Positions 39,654-53,969 are shown, counted from the stretch's first letter. The stretch: DNA of 64,000 nucleotides from Carcharhinus amblyrhynchos (GCA_965287045.1 OZ336870.1:110174001-110238000); one strand, 5' to 3'. Notes: generated by a model from the sequence alone, not told the origin. A program made the numbers and translations.

Positions 39654-42338
39654 AATTAATTTGTAAGTCTAATTAAAGGGACATCCAAAAACACAAACCA
39701 TTTCTGACCATGCATAGACTATAAACTGTAATGTTCCTTTTTTTTGTTTAGAAACATTATGGCTTCCATGAACTGTTAAAGGGTTTATACCTTTTTTCTC
39801 TGGCCCAATTGGGCTGCAGTTTAAGTTTGCCAAATACATATAATTTACAAAAATCTTATCGTAGTTGACCAATTTTCATAAAACGTATCAATGTCTGTGG
39901 GCTGATGTTACGTTATAAATGGTAAGGTGGTGGCTATGTTCTGTTATACTTTGTCATTTATACAAACCTAAATTGAACATCCTTTTAATAAATTATGACA
40001 AGGCAACACATGCCATACAGTATGGCATGATTCTGTTCATTAGCTTTTGGATGTGACAATGTGATATTATCACTTAAAAAGAATTAAAATTGAGTAAGGC
40101 GAGCAAACTCAGTTAGATTTGCAATCTGACTTGAGAGATTCTGAAATTTCTGCTCATACATGCATTTGTATGCTATGTTTTAAGGTGGCAGGAACATCTG
40201 GCCAGTGAATTAAAAGACATGCACATATAAAGCAATCGCACATCTTGACATAATTGGCTGCACAGTCTTTAGTTGCACTTGCCTGTAGTTGTGCATGATC
40301 AAACTTCCAAATATATTACTTTAAAATGGAAGGAAAAATATACTTAGATATACTGTAGGCTATTATATGGTACATAATGTATGCAGCCAAGGACCTGAAA
40401 AGTTTGCTGTATTCTTAAACTCCTTTAATGCTGAACCTGCATGGACTCACAATATGCCTACTCTGCTCCCCAGCAAACATGGGGTGGAATTTTATGGACT
40501 CATTGCAGCAGGGGCAGAGCCAGAAAAGACAGCGAGTAGTTTGAAAGTCCATTGACTTCAGTGGGATCAGAAAAACTCCCACCACAGAGTTATTTTGAAT
40601 TGCATTAACCAGAATCAAATTTATTAACTGCCCACTTGAAATTACAACAAAAATCTTAACTGGTGGGATGCAAAACATGAGAGACTAACATTCAAGACAT
40701 GACTAATGCGAACTCTACTAAAAAAGAGCATTGGGGTTTAAAACCACAATGAATTCATCTTAAATCAGAAGGTTCAAATTTAGGTTCAGATCAGGACTGA
40801 AATGACAATATGAAATTGTGCAAGATTTGGTTGAGTTGCATATTTGTGAAGAAGTAATTTTTGGGAAAAATGATTGATTCTCAAAAGAAAATCAGAAAGA
40901 TTGGTTGCATGACTCGGTATCTAAAGTCCTTGGAACATTTCAATAATTTATCACAGTGAAAGAGTGCTTTCAAAATAGCAGTTAGGATGTAGCAAAACTC
41001 TATTCGCTTTGAGATAAAAGTTATGGATAACTGAAACTGAAAAGTAAGCACACAACAGGACAGAAATGAATGTACTTGAGGGAATAACATGAATTCAGCG
41101 AAACAAATATTCTGATATGAAACATGGTAAGCATTCCTGTTCTCTGGCTTGTCGCAGTGAAACCGATTACTAAATGATCTGAAGCTGTTAGTGGCACGAA
41201 TCCCTGTTGGCGGTGAGGACATGTCAGAAAAATTAAGCTGCTGAGCCTCATTGAAATATCCTTATTTTGTCAAATTTCATCTCAAATTTCCCAACTTGAA
41301 TGAGACTCCGTCACCTGCAATGCACATGCACAATGCTCAAGTATTCCCATAGATTTCAAGCTTGGCCTATGAAGTAGGTTTACAGGGAAGATAATGTCAT
41401 ACAGTTGTCAGGAATAATATTTGTTTTCTTCTGTGTTTTTAGGTAAATTTTGTTCCATGCTTTAGTTGATTTTACGAGGTTGCCAGTCCACACTTTGAAT
41501 TGTTTACTCTGCTAATCCTTTCCATCCTATTATTTCACATTTCTGCAGCCATTTAAGTAACAATAACCAAGTGGTCAAACTGGGAATTTATTGGAAATGT
41601 TATTGGATTTCATTATTCAGGTAAGGGAGATGATTAGGACTAGGAATGTAATATACCAGGATTATAAACTCCACAGGAAAGATAGGGAAAATGATAGCAG
41701 GGAAGTAGCCTTTGTGATTAAGAATGTGACCACTTTGATAATAAGGGAGGATATAATGAGAGGCAATTGAAATGGATAGAATTAAGAAATTGAAAAGAAC
41801 TTATGACTGGAATGAGATTTAGTTATTTTCCCAAAGTAACAGCTGTGGGGTGGTAGATTGTATACATGCTAAGTGGTTTTAATGGAAGATTTTATCTATA
41901 TGAACTTGAATAAGCAAACTAACTCATGTCAGAAAGGCAGTGAACTTCTTGAGTGTGCCCTAGATAATTTTGTGCAGCAATTTGCCCTAGAGCCAAAAAG
42001 AAGGGGTGGGCATGCCAAGTTAGATTTTGTAACAGATAATGTGTCAGATTTAATCAACAACCTAATGGCATGTGAATGTTTATCGAACAACTATCATAAT
42101 ATTCAAAGCCGTGTTTGCAAAGGAGAAATGCAAAGCAACTACAAAGATTACAAATTCGGTAAGGCTGACTTCAATGGGATGGGACAAAGACTGTTGACAG
42201 TTAACTGGGCAATTCTGTCAATTGGTAAAATGACAAGATCAGTAGGATGTGTCTTAAAAAGGTGTCTTGGCTAAGGTCCTGCACTTGATGGAAGTCAATG
42301 AGCTTGTACTGAGGCTTCATTTGAAGCAACTTTTTAAA

Positions 42339-42544
42339 ATGCCATCTCAGCCTTTTGGCTAAGATGGAGCTCACATCAGGCACTGGAGGGGGTGTGATGC
42401 CTGCTCCTATCAGCTTGGATTTGGTTGATTGAGTTCAAGACGGGAAATGCACAGCCTGTCTTGTCAGCTTGGATCTGTAATGTCTCTCTTGTAGGGACTT
42501 TAATTGGACTTTGATTGGATTTTGATTGGATATAACAAAAAAAA
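42339..42544 (+). mobile_element. Short A-tailed insert with U2 snRNA-like 5' sequence
   Basis: TCTCAGCCTTTTGGCTAAGAT (42345-42365) matches U2 nt 7-27 at 20/21. Two further U2-like blocks lie at 42401-42416 and 42455-42474. It ends in (ttgattgga)x2 plus A8 and interrupts the CR1. Confidence 0.6.
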
Positions 42545-43407
42545 GTGACACAGAACCAGTTTATACCCCTAAGGAGTAAAAGCTCTACTTGTCAAAATAA
42601 ATAATCATGGGCAACTGAAGAGGTAAAGTACAGCATAAAACGAAAAGAAAAATCATACAAAAATGGAAAAAAAATCAGAAATCTTAGCAGCTGGAAAAGT
42701 TACAAAACAGCAAAGGGTGTTAAAGATAAAAGCTGCAAAAATAGAGTACTAAAAGAAACATGCAAACAATGTAAAAATCAAGGCCAAAAACTTATTTTAA
42801 ATAATTTCATTTGGAAAAAAAGTGTAGTCAGAAGTAATGTGAGTTTTTTGTAAACTGATAATGGTGCTATTTTCAACGAAATGAAGGAGATGGCAGATAT
42901 GCTGAATAATTACATTGCACTAATGTTTACAGCAGAGCAAGAGGTTAGAATGCTAGATATCCCAAGGAAATGAATCTAGATCAGGGAGTCAATTAAATTA
43001 ACATAAGCAAAATAAAAGTAATGAAGAAAATAAGGGCACTAAAGAATGAAAAATCATCAAGACCCAGATAATATACATCAGAGTTTTAAAGGAAGTGGGT
43101 GAGAACATTGTAAATGGCCTAGTTATAATCTTCCAACATTCTCTTAACTTGGGAAGTGTTCCGTTAGATTAGAATATGATGCAGTTGCTGCAATTTTAGA
43201 AAGGTATGAGAGAGAAATAAAGACAGTTAGAGTTAGCCTAACATCGGTTATTGAGAAATTACAAGTGTCTGTAAAAAAGGAAAGATTAATTGAACACCTT
43301 GAATATTTTCAGCTGATCACAGAGAGTCAGCACAGATTTGTAGAGGGTAGGCCATGCTCACATACCTGGCTGGACTCTTTGAAGATGGAGTAGAAGCCAT
43401 GCTTCAG

Positions 43408-43810
43408 GGGAGATGATGACATAGTGAAAATGTCTTAACACCAACAATCCAGAGGTCCAGGCTGATGCTTTGTGGCCACAAATTCAAATCCCTGTATGCA
43501 AGTGGTGGAATTTAAATTCTATGAATAAAATGTGGAATTGAAGGCTCCTCTCAGTAAGGGGGGTGGCCATGGAACCAGCATTGATTGTTTTAAAAATCCA
43601 TCTAGTTCACTAATATATTTTAGTGAAGGAAATCTGCCATCCTTACCTGGTTGGGCCTACATGTGACTCCAGAACTACAGCAATGCGACTGACTCTTAAC
43701 TGCCCTCTGAAATGGCCTAGCAAGCCACTTGCTTCAAGGGCAACTAGGGATTGCCCAATAAATGCTGGCCTTGCTAGTGACACAGACATCCCATTAACAA
43801 ATAAATTAAA
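43408..43810 (+). mobile_element. tRNA-derived SINE (family 2)
   Basis: Shares its body with 3460-3833 (gaaggaaatctgccatccttacctgg...actcttaactgccctctgaaatggcctagcaagccact). Confidence 0.8.
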
Positions 43811-46800
43811 AAATATACACAAAGCCCAGGTTAGAACACAGTATATATTTCCTTGTATGATACTTGGACTCCAAGGGTTAAACTTTGGGCAATTACACAA
43901 TTACATTCCCTGGAATTTCCAAGATTAAGGGCTGATTTTATCAGTTTTTAAGATATTGTAAAAAAACAGAGTGGATAGAGAGAAACTACTTCCACTGGTT
44001 GGACAGAGATTTGGGGTCTCTTCTTAATGCACTTCCTGGAACCATCAGATGCCACCCCCAACCTCCACTCATATCCACAGGTTGTCATTTCCTTTTGACG
44101 TCTCAAACTAACCCCTGCCTCCCCACTCTCCTTGTCCCCTTTTCTGGGGTTTGCCAACTGGGCATTCAGCAAGACCCCCATACATTTACTAAATCCTGAT
44201 CCAATGATAGAGAGCTACCAGTTTCTAATTGGCCGGCAGCTCTCAGAGGCATGGCTTCCTGTTCCTAAGAGATTAAAATTCCCCTCCAGCCTATTAATGA
44301 ACAATTGGCTGTTAAATGGCTGGGGGGGGGGGGGGGGCAGCAGTCAGCATTCCCTTGGCAGGGTCCCTCCTGACTTTTTAAGAAGGTGATGTGGAAGACT
44401 CTGGAACCATGTAAAAATTCAGCCAATCAAGTTAGCTTGTGGATCACCATGATCTCATTCAATGATGGAAGAGTTTTGAGGCTCTAAAATGGCTTAGTCC
44501 TGTTCCTATGTTCCTCACATATATTCACAGGGTTCAACAAATTGGAGACAAGAGCACCATAGGGGTTTTCTAAATCCTTTACCACCGTGTGTTTAGAAAA
44601 TTTGTTTCAGCTTAGCTGGACATTTCCTAAAATTCACTGCCTGTGACATAGAGAGGAGTTACAACAGAACTGACGTATCCAAATAATCAACATGTGCAAC
44701 AGGAGCATGTTTTCCCAGAATAGGGAAGCTGATCACAGATTAAGACTTTTATTCCTGTCAATCTACCAAGGATTCCCTAATATGTCAGGCAGTCAGCAGT
44801 GCACAACTAAATTGGGCATGGCAGGTTTGCAAACATTTACCTGGAAGTAGCTTTTTCTATGTAGAATCCCCTCAGTGCCCACATTATGGAAAGAGAAGTA
44901 ATACTGAATGGCTGACTCTTAGGAGAGGAGAACTATTCTTCTTCTGCCCTGATGGCAGTGAGAAATCCCCATCCACTCATCAGCCAAGGAGTACTGAAAA
45001 CTGGGACCCCCATCTCTGTTTTTCACATTCTAACATGCAGTCTGTGTGGTTTTGGCACAATGAGCCACATACGTGAATAGTAATGGTATATACACTGGTT
45101 GAAATTGTATCTCAGAAATGCTGCTTTGTATTAAGGATGATGAGCCCCACAAGAAATATGTGCAAGTGACTCACATTTGACTTGGCCCTGACACTAATCC
45201 CTCCTTTCTTATAATTAATATAAGGGATGTGGTTAGCTCCAAATAGCAATCATTATTTTCTGACACACAAAGACAGATCTTCTACTCAGAGCAAGTAAGA
45301 CCATTTAGATTTCAGAATTTTTAAAAGTAAAACATTAGTTAAATCTGCTTTACAACATCTGTGTCTTGAAATGTTATTCAAGCATCTAGACATTTTTGCT
45401 GATATTTTTCAAAATTATGGTGAAGATTAAATGTTTCTCCTTCCTACCAGCTTCAAGTATCATTGTCTGTGTCAAAGAGTCTGTGTCTTCTGGTCCATTT
45501 GGAATCAATTGTTCACTTTTGGGTTATAGTATAAATTGCATAGTTAGAGTAAAGAGTTACAGGCAGGCTTAGTTTTTAATTTTTTTAAAAAAACAGGATT
45601 TGCTGGCATGGTAGAAATTAGGAAATATAGTTTAAGGTCCAGAAGACATACATCTTAAGCCATCAACATTCCTCAACCCGTTCCACAAAACTTGCATTGT
45701 TCAAGAATTTAAAATGCAAGTTGTTGTAATTGTATTGACAAGATCATGAAGTGTCCTATATTTTACAGCAGCAGAGGTTTTTGTCATTAAATACTTTATT
45801 AAATAACTTCCTCAGTCCCACGGCCCTCTGAGTACTCTGCATTCCTCGAATTCTGGTCACTTTCATACGCTAGGTTTAATTAGCTCCATAATGCTTTCAG
45901 TGTTTAACCCCAAAGTTCTGGAATTGCTTTCTTAAACCTCTCAGCATTTATGGAGTATCTTAAATGATATCTCCTTGACCAAGCATTTGGTCTCCCGCTC
46001 CAATGTCTCTTTCTTGGGCTCAGCACCAATTTTTAGTTTGTCTGATTACATTCTTGTGAGACATTTTACAACAGTAAACACACCATATAAGTGTGAATTG
46101 TAGTTATCGAATGTTCAAATCATGTAAGTTATTCAATTTTTCACTATGTTTGGTCTAACTTTTTTGCTGTTAGCAATCTGATGCCTGTTATCAACCCTTT
46201 AACTGTTTACCAGACTGGGAAACACCCTTAATTCTCCCCATGGAGAGCTTCCACCATTCAGCACTCAACACTACCCAGCTCCTGATACATTAAATGTTAT
46301 TATTCCAAGCTGCACAGTCTCTTCTACATCCAGTATTGGTAAAAGCTGAACACTACGATTACTGGAGCCAAAATTGGGCCAATTAGTTTGATCATTGCTG
46401 CAGTTATATCAAGGCAACCCAGAATCCAACGAAGTGTAGCTGTCCCCTTCAACCAGTCTGTTTACGGTATTGGAAATGAGATGTGTTTGGGAACAGTCTT
46501 CTAACTGACTGCTCTACTAGTGGCAGTGTAGCAGAATAAGCCTGCTCATGGCCTAACATGGAAACCCTGTTCTAAATTGAGGCCATTCATATCATTGAAG
46601 TGGGCTGCAAGTTATTACCAAGCATTCATTTTAGAGGTGTTCATCCAGATTTCCCATGTAAGGTAGAATAGCTGACAACCACCACGAGAGGCGCCCTCAG
46701 GCTCATGTCAGGCTGACAAACACATGGCCAAATAAGGCTGCAGCTAAAACATGGAACAGAATCCAGACGAGAACATGTTCCATCCAGTTTTCTGACCTCT

Positions 46801-49224
46801 GATCTAGGAATTCACTAGCACTCTGCTTGAAAAGCAATTGAAAATTTGAGGGCTAAAAACATGGAAGCCAATTTGCTCACAGTAAGTTCCCACAAAGAGG
46901 AGTGGAATAAATGACCAGATCATTTATTTTAGTTGATGGCTGAGGAATTTTAATTCATATTGTTATCATTATTGGTCATGTTTGTACGTGGCACATTGAC
47001 AATGTGCCATACATGGAGTATCAATAAAGCACAGAGCAGGCCAGACATACAAACTATTATAAAATAGTTGGTGTACTTTTACAACATTCCTAGCCCTATA
47101 ATCATCTCTTTGGGATGGTGAATACACATTGCCACACATAATCAGGTATAACATCTATATAGATAAGGAGCCCCTGTCCTGTTCCAATATTGACTGCATC
47201 TGGACTGAGAAAGACCCAGCAGCCAAACAGCATTTTAAAACATTGACCTGTTTCCTAAATGGAGCAAACTTCATGCAATACCTAGCTGCACTAGGTGCAT
47301 TAGTGGTATTCGGGACAGTTCAATTTGTCTGAAATATCTGAATAGTAGACTGAAAACTAGAATGGAAAGATATTTTTAGCAATTATACTAAAAGATTTCC
47401 GTCTGGTTTACCTTCTTAACACTCTGAATTTGGCTGCAAAAATAGATGTGCAAAGTTAATAGGTAAAATGAGGGATACAATTAACGATTATTGCATTATT
47501 TGAAAAGATGGTTGATACCCAATTCTATCCCAAAGTGAATCTGAATTTCAGAATTCTACGTCCAAGCAATTTCAGCAGCAAAGGTGGCTGAATTAGTCAG
47601 CCCAGTGTCCCTATACAAAAACATGCTTGCAAAGCACAAGGTAGTAAAAGGCTAAGAGGCTTTATTGCTATATTTTGTAGCAGAACATAGCTAACCACTA
47701 AGCTGAATCCACTCTAAGTCTGCATGTTCTTACTAATGGCTTATCTTCTAAAATCAATGGCATGACAGGATATAAATTAATGATTCCTTTCTGATTTCCT
47801 GCAGAGATGTTTGCAAATGGTTCACAGCAGGAAGTTTCTCCCAGACTGTCTGGGTGACACGATTCCATTTATGGAAGGCTATTTTCAAACTTTATGGTTA
47901 CAAAGTTAAAAGTTCAGAATTAACAAAAACACGGCATCAGTGCACGTGTTCTCCCTGAGGCTTTTGTCCTTCAGACTTCTAACAAAGATGCCTCCTATAA
48001 AGCTGATAGCATGAAGTCTATCCAAGAGTATACAGATTGCTTCTCTTACTGAAAGTGTGTGTGAAGCACTATCTGCTTGTACTAACAGTGGGAGGGGCTG
48101 CTATAAAGTTTCCTGGAGCTGTCAGTCGATCATCAATCATTTTTATAATGGTCATCTTCAACAGAATATCCTTCTCTTCCCCTCCTGGATTTGTATTTTT
48201 TTTCTTTTTGGAAAGGGGAGGGGGTGGTGGGATGCGTGTGCGATCAATTGAAAGGGAGCACTCCTGCATTTTGAATAGTCGAATCACGCAATATTAACGT
48301 CAAACTGCTTTCGGGTTTATTCAGAGTGTTACTGAGTCTCACCTCAAACGGACAAAGGGTGTTTTGGGGAGTTGGGAAAGAGGGAGTGGCAATGTCGTTT
48401 TGCCCTGGACAAAACATCCCCCTGGTTGAACTGAGATGTCCATAATCTGATGGGGACAGGGAAAAAAACTATCAAGAACTGAAATTTAAATAAAATACCC
48501 TTCAACACCAGATATTGCCTTTCTGAGAATGGTAGGATTACTCAATTAACGGACAGTGAGAAAAGGAGTCAGTTAGTGGTCCAATTTTGGCAGTGAACAA
48601 TTAGCATTTTGATGGCTCCAGATTGCAGTGTGTGTGAAGAGTAATAACTGGGTGTAACAGGTCTGTTGGGACAGCTTGTTGAGGGGTTTTCAAAAACATG
48701 TTTTGTTCGGGGAAGAGGATTTTGTATGAAACAAAGTTTAAAAACAATATTTTAATGAACTCAATACCATTTGTCAGTCTAACTGAGAATGTGTTCATAA
48801 CATCCAGGTATTTTCACTTAATGGCGGTGCAATAAGATTTCTTTCTGAGACCGCACCATTATGAGGTCAGCTGCGATCACAACTGGAATCTGATGTGACA
48901 ACTTTGTGTCAAGTTTGATTTTAAACAAACTCTGGTGGTTGCTTTTATTTTGTACTGTTTGTGATCAATTTTGTTAGGATGTAAGAATGAGATTTGTGTC
49001 CGAACTCTACAGCAGTGCTGAGGAAGATTGTTCCTCAAGGTCTGGCTCCAGGATCGAACTCGAATTTTCAAATCAAAACTGGAAGGGAAATAAAGCACTC
49101 AAACTTTTAAAGCTACTGTGTATGTAGAAAATATATGTATGTGATTAAAGAAAAATAAAATACGCCTTTAAAATGGGAAATCATGTTCCTTTGTTGCATA
49201 AACGTTTGTTGGTTTAGTGAACTT

Positions 49225-50058
49225 GGTCTGGGCATAAGGCCCTAGCAAATGGAATTTAATGTGGGGAATTGTGAGGTGAAGAACTTTGGTAGGAGGAATC
49301 AAAAGTCAGATTAGATTATGATCTAAATAAAAAGAGACCGCAGGTAAGTGAAGCACAGAGGGATCGAAGGGTTCTAGTGCACGAATCACCAGAAGCTAGC
49401 AGGCAGTTCCAACAAGTAGGTGAGAAGGCAAATTACATTTTGGCCTTTATTGCAAAGGGGTTGGAGGTTAAAAATAGGTAGGTTTGTTACAATTGTACAG
49501 GGTGTTGGTGAGCCCTTACCTGGAATACAGCACACAGTTCTGGTCCCCTTACCAAAAAAAAAGGATATAATATGGGGGCAGTCCAAAGGAAATTCACCAA
49601 TTTGCTAATTCCTGGGTTGAGAGGCTTGTTCCATCTAGAGAGACTAAATAGTCTGGGTCTATGCACCTTGGATTCGAGTGCAGGGTGACCCTATTAAAAC
49701 ATATAAGACCTCAAGGGGGGCTTGACAGGGTAGACAATGAGATGTTCTCTCTAGTGGGACAGTCTCAAAGAAGGAAACATAGCTACAAGGTAAAGAACTG
49801 GTCACTTAATACTGAGGTGCGTAGAAATTTCATCTCGCAGAGAGTGGTGAATTCTCTGCCCCCAAAGGGTGGTGGAGGTTGGATCATTAGAAGTATTTAA
49901 AGTGGAGGTGATAAATATTTGATAGATCGTGGAATAAAGAGCAATGGGGAAATGGCACAGAAAAGGAATTGAGGCTGACATAGATCAGCCTTGATCATAT
50001 TGAATGGTGGAGCAGACTTGAAGAACCTGGTAGCCTGCTCCTGCTTCTATTTCTTGTG
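49225..50058 (+). mobile_element. CR1 LINE 3' fragment
   Basis: caaatggaatttaatgtggggaattgtgagg, ORF 49661 (GLDRVD..MFSLVGQS..HSYKVK..TEVRRNFISQRVVN) and tail agatcagcc...cctgctcctgcttctatttcttgtgtt. Confidence 0.88.
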
Positions 50059-50654
50059 TTGTGTACCAGGAAGATCCAAGACTGAACCTATCCCAACAAA
50101 TTGAAAGCGAAGAATACAAGACTTGAAGCGGGAGGGGGCATTAGGGTCTCCAGAATGTGCACCAGTTCTCTTTGTAAGGTGAGCAAAATTTTCCAATAAT
50201 GTGTTGCAGCAAGCCAGGATCTGAACGTGGGCCCTCAAATGATCCATTTGCATTATTTGTCCAGTGAATATGCCTTATGACCACCAATTATCCACCTACT
50301 ACCAAGAGGCTTGGAGCCTACAGCCTTGGAGCCATTGTTGCTATGATGCTGGTATTATAAGAAATGGTGACTTTACTCCATTAAAGTTCCTGGCAGAATT
50401 TTATTGCAAGGCTGAGGTCTAACTTATCTGCGCCATCACCTCAGTCAGACAGTGTTCACTGGAAGGAGCCATGATTATCAGCCGCAAATTGTTTAGAATC
50501 TTGTGTTAAACCCTGACTTGAAACCAGATACAAAAGCCTCAATTTTAACTCAGGCCCCAGAGTATGTTGGACATCAATGTTCCCCTTAACTTTTGTTTCC
50601 TGTGTACAGTTGGCTTGTTGCATTGTATAGTCCCTTTAAGGTAGACCCACATTT

Positions 50655-51130
50655 TGATACATGACCTTGGACTTTTCTATCTTTTTCCTGATGGAAGAAG
50701 GTGGAAGAGAGAATGGCCGAGCTGCGTGGGGTCCTTGATTATGCTGGCTGCTTTTCTGAGGCAGTGGGAAGGGTAGACAGAGTCAATGGATGGGAGGCTG
50801 GTTTGTGTGATGGACTAGGCTTTGTTCATGACCCTTTGTAACTTTTTTGCAGTCTTGAGCAGAGCAGGAGCCAGACCAAGCTTTGATGCAACCAGAGAGA
50901 ATGCTTTCTGCGTTGCATCTGTAACAGCTTCTTCTCTGTTGCCAGAGTTTTGAATGGATCTACCTCATTAAATTGATCTTTCACTGTATCCTAGGTATGT
51001 CTGTAACACTATATTCTGTACCCTCTCCTTTCCCTCTTTTCATAGAGGATGCTTTGTCTATATAGCGTGCAAGAAACAATACTTTTCACTGTATGAAAAG
51101 GCATGTGACAATTAAAAAAAAAATCAAATC
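50655..51130. mobile_element. Rex/Babar-type LINE 3' fragment with 5' inversion
   Basis: The minus strand of ~50655-50924 encodes YRCNAESILSGCIKAWSGSCSAQDCKK..IIKDPTQLGHSLFHLLPSGKR. The plus strand from ~50923 continues aacagcttcttc (NSFF) to a 3' tail ending aaaatcaaatc. Confidence 0.7.
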
Positions 51131-51564
51131 ACAAACATATGTATATCTAAAAGGGAACATTGCACGTGTGAGATCAATTTATTCCCTATTCAGCACAGTC
51201 CCAACTGCTGGAAAACTACACTCGTGGGGCTTTGAGAGATGTTTGATGGCTGCATTGCTTGAGGCCATTTTAACCCTGAAATGCAAATCAAAGCTAACAC
51301 TGCGTGTGTCTCGTGAGATGTGGGCTCAGGATGGAAATTATGTCATCTAACACCACCGTTTGAATATTCCTAAGGCTGTGTTATGGCAAAGGCCTGACAC
51401 TTCCTAAAACCTGAAAGTACAAGTGACAACAGGTGAGAGGGCACTAAAAATGCTGCCTCTATTGTACACCATGCCCCCCAGCACCCCTGTCCTCACCCAC
51501 ACACACACTATTCTCATCAAGAGCAGAGACTTAAAATCAGGCCTCGATTTTTTTATAGAAGACT

Positions 51565-51820
51565 GAATCACAGAATTAGTTATGGCAAAGAAAGAGCCCA
51601 TTTGGTCAATTGTATCTGCACTGGCTCTCCAAATAAGCATCACGGCTTAGTACCATTCCCCTGCCTTTTCCCCATAGCCCTGCATAATCTTTCTACTCAA
51701 GTAATCATCTAATGCCGTCTTGAATGCCACAATTATACCTGCCTCCCCACCGCACTTCCAGGCAGAGTATTCCGGACCTGAATCACGCATCTGAAGAAGT
51801 TTTTACTCACATCACGTTTT
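51565..51820 (-). mobile_element. CR1 LINE 3' fragment
   Basis: Reverse complement of a CR1 3' end (gcagggctatgggaaaaggcaggggaatgg, gtgcagatacaattgaccaaatggg). Confidence 0.7.
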
Positions 51821-53129
51821 AATGAGTACAGTAGTTGCTACTGCCCGGTTCAGCTGTAAACAGCACCACCCTTTCTATTTCAGTGTGAAAACTCAACATA
51901 TAATGGGAGTACTCAAAATCAGGAGATGCAGCTCAGGAACATCACAGCCTGATGGCCGAAGGCTGCATGTTGTTGGTGGGGGAATGGTGTGATGGGCAGG
52001 TGGTATATATTGACACCGTGCTTTGGCAAGCTTGGGTTATCATGCGGGAGTCAGAGGTGGGGAGTGGGATCGTTTCAGAAGGATTGAGGATGGTGCTGGG
52101 GATCGGGAGCTGGGCGTTCACAGGGTCTGGTCCAGCGGGAGAGGACAGGACGAGATGGATACTCACCCTTGCTGCCCAAACGAGGGCGTTCATTTTCTTG
52201 CAGCACTGGACGCCGCTCCTTTGTGTCAGTGTATAGGTGCTGCAGCCACTACATCCTAGGCTGCTGTCCTGGCCCCTGGGTCATCTGGATTTTGGGGGAG
52301 TGAGATGGCCTTCCTCTCCGCCACAGTATCCAGCAGCTATCCTTACTCTCCCTACACTCACTCGGCTGCCATCCTCCTGGCATAACTGAACGTGTGATCA
52401 TCATTAGTGTTTAAATGAAGCTTCCTCTTGTTAATGGCACACAGCTGTGGCCACTCGGGCTGAGTCCTGCACCGAGAGCCTCCATAACAGCGTCTCCCAC
52501 ATGAAGGCTTTTTCAGCGTACTAACTGTTGGAAGATTATGATGCTAAACACACCAGAGAGGCTGACGCGGATCACTCTGGTTTTCTCGGAGTTAGGACGC
52601 TTAGAAATGTTGGGGGAAAATTTCGCCGTGTGTCTGGAGCATCAGGGGATGTTAGGCTCCTCACTAAGCTGTAAGTTTGTAGGCCACAGACTGAGCAGAA
52701 AATCTTTCACTTTTCCTCTGCTTGCTTTCATTTGCTACAGAGAAAAAACATAACCTTTTGATATACTGCCCCCAGGTTTCCACTTCTAAGTCAAACAATT
52801 CAAACTTTTCAATTAAAGACATCTTTAAGTGGCACATGTACCTTGCTTTTTGATAGTTTCAATGCTGAACTCTCCTCCCTCTCTCACGCACACAGCAATT
52901 CCTGAAATCTAACGAAAGGTTTTCCTTATTGCCAGTACAGAACTGAACACGTAAGTACTGTCCACTCCTCCCTGGTTCCACCTGGATATCCTCCCCGATC
53001 CAGATTGTGCCAATATTTTAATTGTACCCAATTGGCTTGATGTTCTGCGCTGCCTCGCCATAAGGTCCGATCACGTGGCCGTCAGGGATCGATTCCCATC
53101 TCACTTAGCAGGACCGCGCTACCACAGGT

Positions 53130-53425
53130 AGAGACCTTTCCCCTTAATAGAGTGGTCAATAACCAGGGGGCTTTGTAAGAAGCAGGAGAATTAGAATGGA
53201 TTTGACCGAAACCTTTTTCACCCAGAGAGTAGTGGGAACCTGGAGTTCCGCCTGAAACGTGGTGGAAACGGGAATTCTCAGAGCATTTGAGATGTATTTA
53301 GATGAAACACCAAAGCACACAAAACCATGTACCAAGTGCTGGAAAATGGGATTAAAATAGATAGGAGTTTGGTGGTCGGCACAGACATGATAAACTGGAG
53401 GGCCAATTTCTGTGCTGTAAAACTC
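53130..53425 (+). mobile_element. CR1 LINE 3' fragment
   Basis: tttttcacccagagagtagtgggaacctgg and ccaagtgctggaaaatgggatta motifs. Confidence 0.7.
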
Positions 53426-53969
53426 TACCTGTCACTCTAAAGACTGCATGTAGAATTTCAGCTGTTAAACAAGACTTTCTGCCCTTCCTAAATCTCGCAT
53501 CTCCTGCACGCAGTTCAGGTGATGCAAAGCTCCCAACATCAGAGCCACCTCCACTGTGTGACTGGGTTCGGATGGCTGCTTCCTTCCCATGCTAGAATCC
53601 CGACATCTTCTGGACCTTCTATTGGGTGCCATGACCTTACCAATAAATTCAGCCCATGTCCTTTGGAAGGGTGAAGCAGCTTAATTCACATCTCCTTTGA
53701 TAGTTTCTTATGAGCTTTGATCAAAGTTATATTTAATTAACATCAATCCACTCTAGGATTCATAAAAGCATGCATAATATCCACTTGCATAATCTACCAC
53801 GGGTTCAAAACTTAGTGAAGGATTTGTTGAAAATTAATCTTACAGTTTTGGATTGCTAGTGTTACTTAGTAACACCATAAATGTGAAATCTGCTTTTCAA
53901 AGGAATTAAAGAATGTCAAGGCACAGCAGAAAAGAGTAAAACTTTGTTAGGCTATCAGGTAAAAGAGCG

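Larger units (their letters stand above)
41570..44515 (+). mobile_element. Long decayed CR1 LINE (endonuclease to 3' end) with nested insertions
   Basis: ataccaggattataaactccacaggaaagatagg (IPGY..RKDR-like), ORF 41873 (LECALDNFVQQFALEPKR, FGKADFNGM), gagagtcagcacagatttgtag, and a CR1 tail cctgttcctatgttcct at ~44500. Confidence 0.85.

Noticed and set aside
42345-42365. Functional U2 snRNA gene
   Set aside because: Only short 5' segments match. The intact branch-pairing region, Sm site and 3' stem-loops are missing.
51900-52620. GC-richer block with ORFs on both strands, possibly a decayed DNA-transposon remnant
   Set aside because: I could not identify termini or a convincing protein motif by eye, so it is left uncalled.
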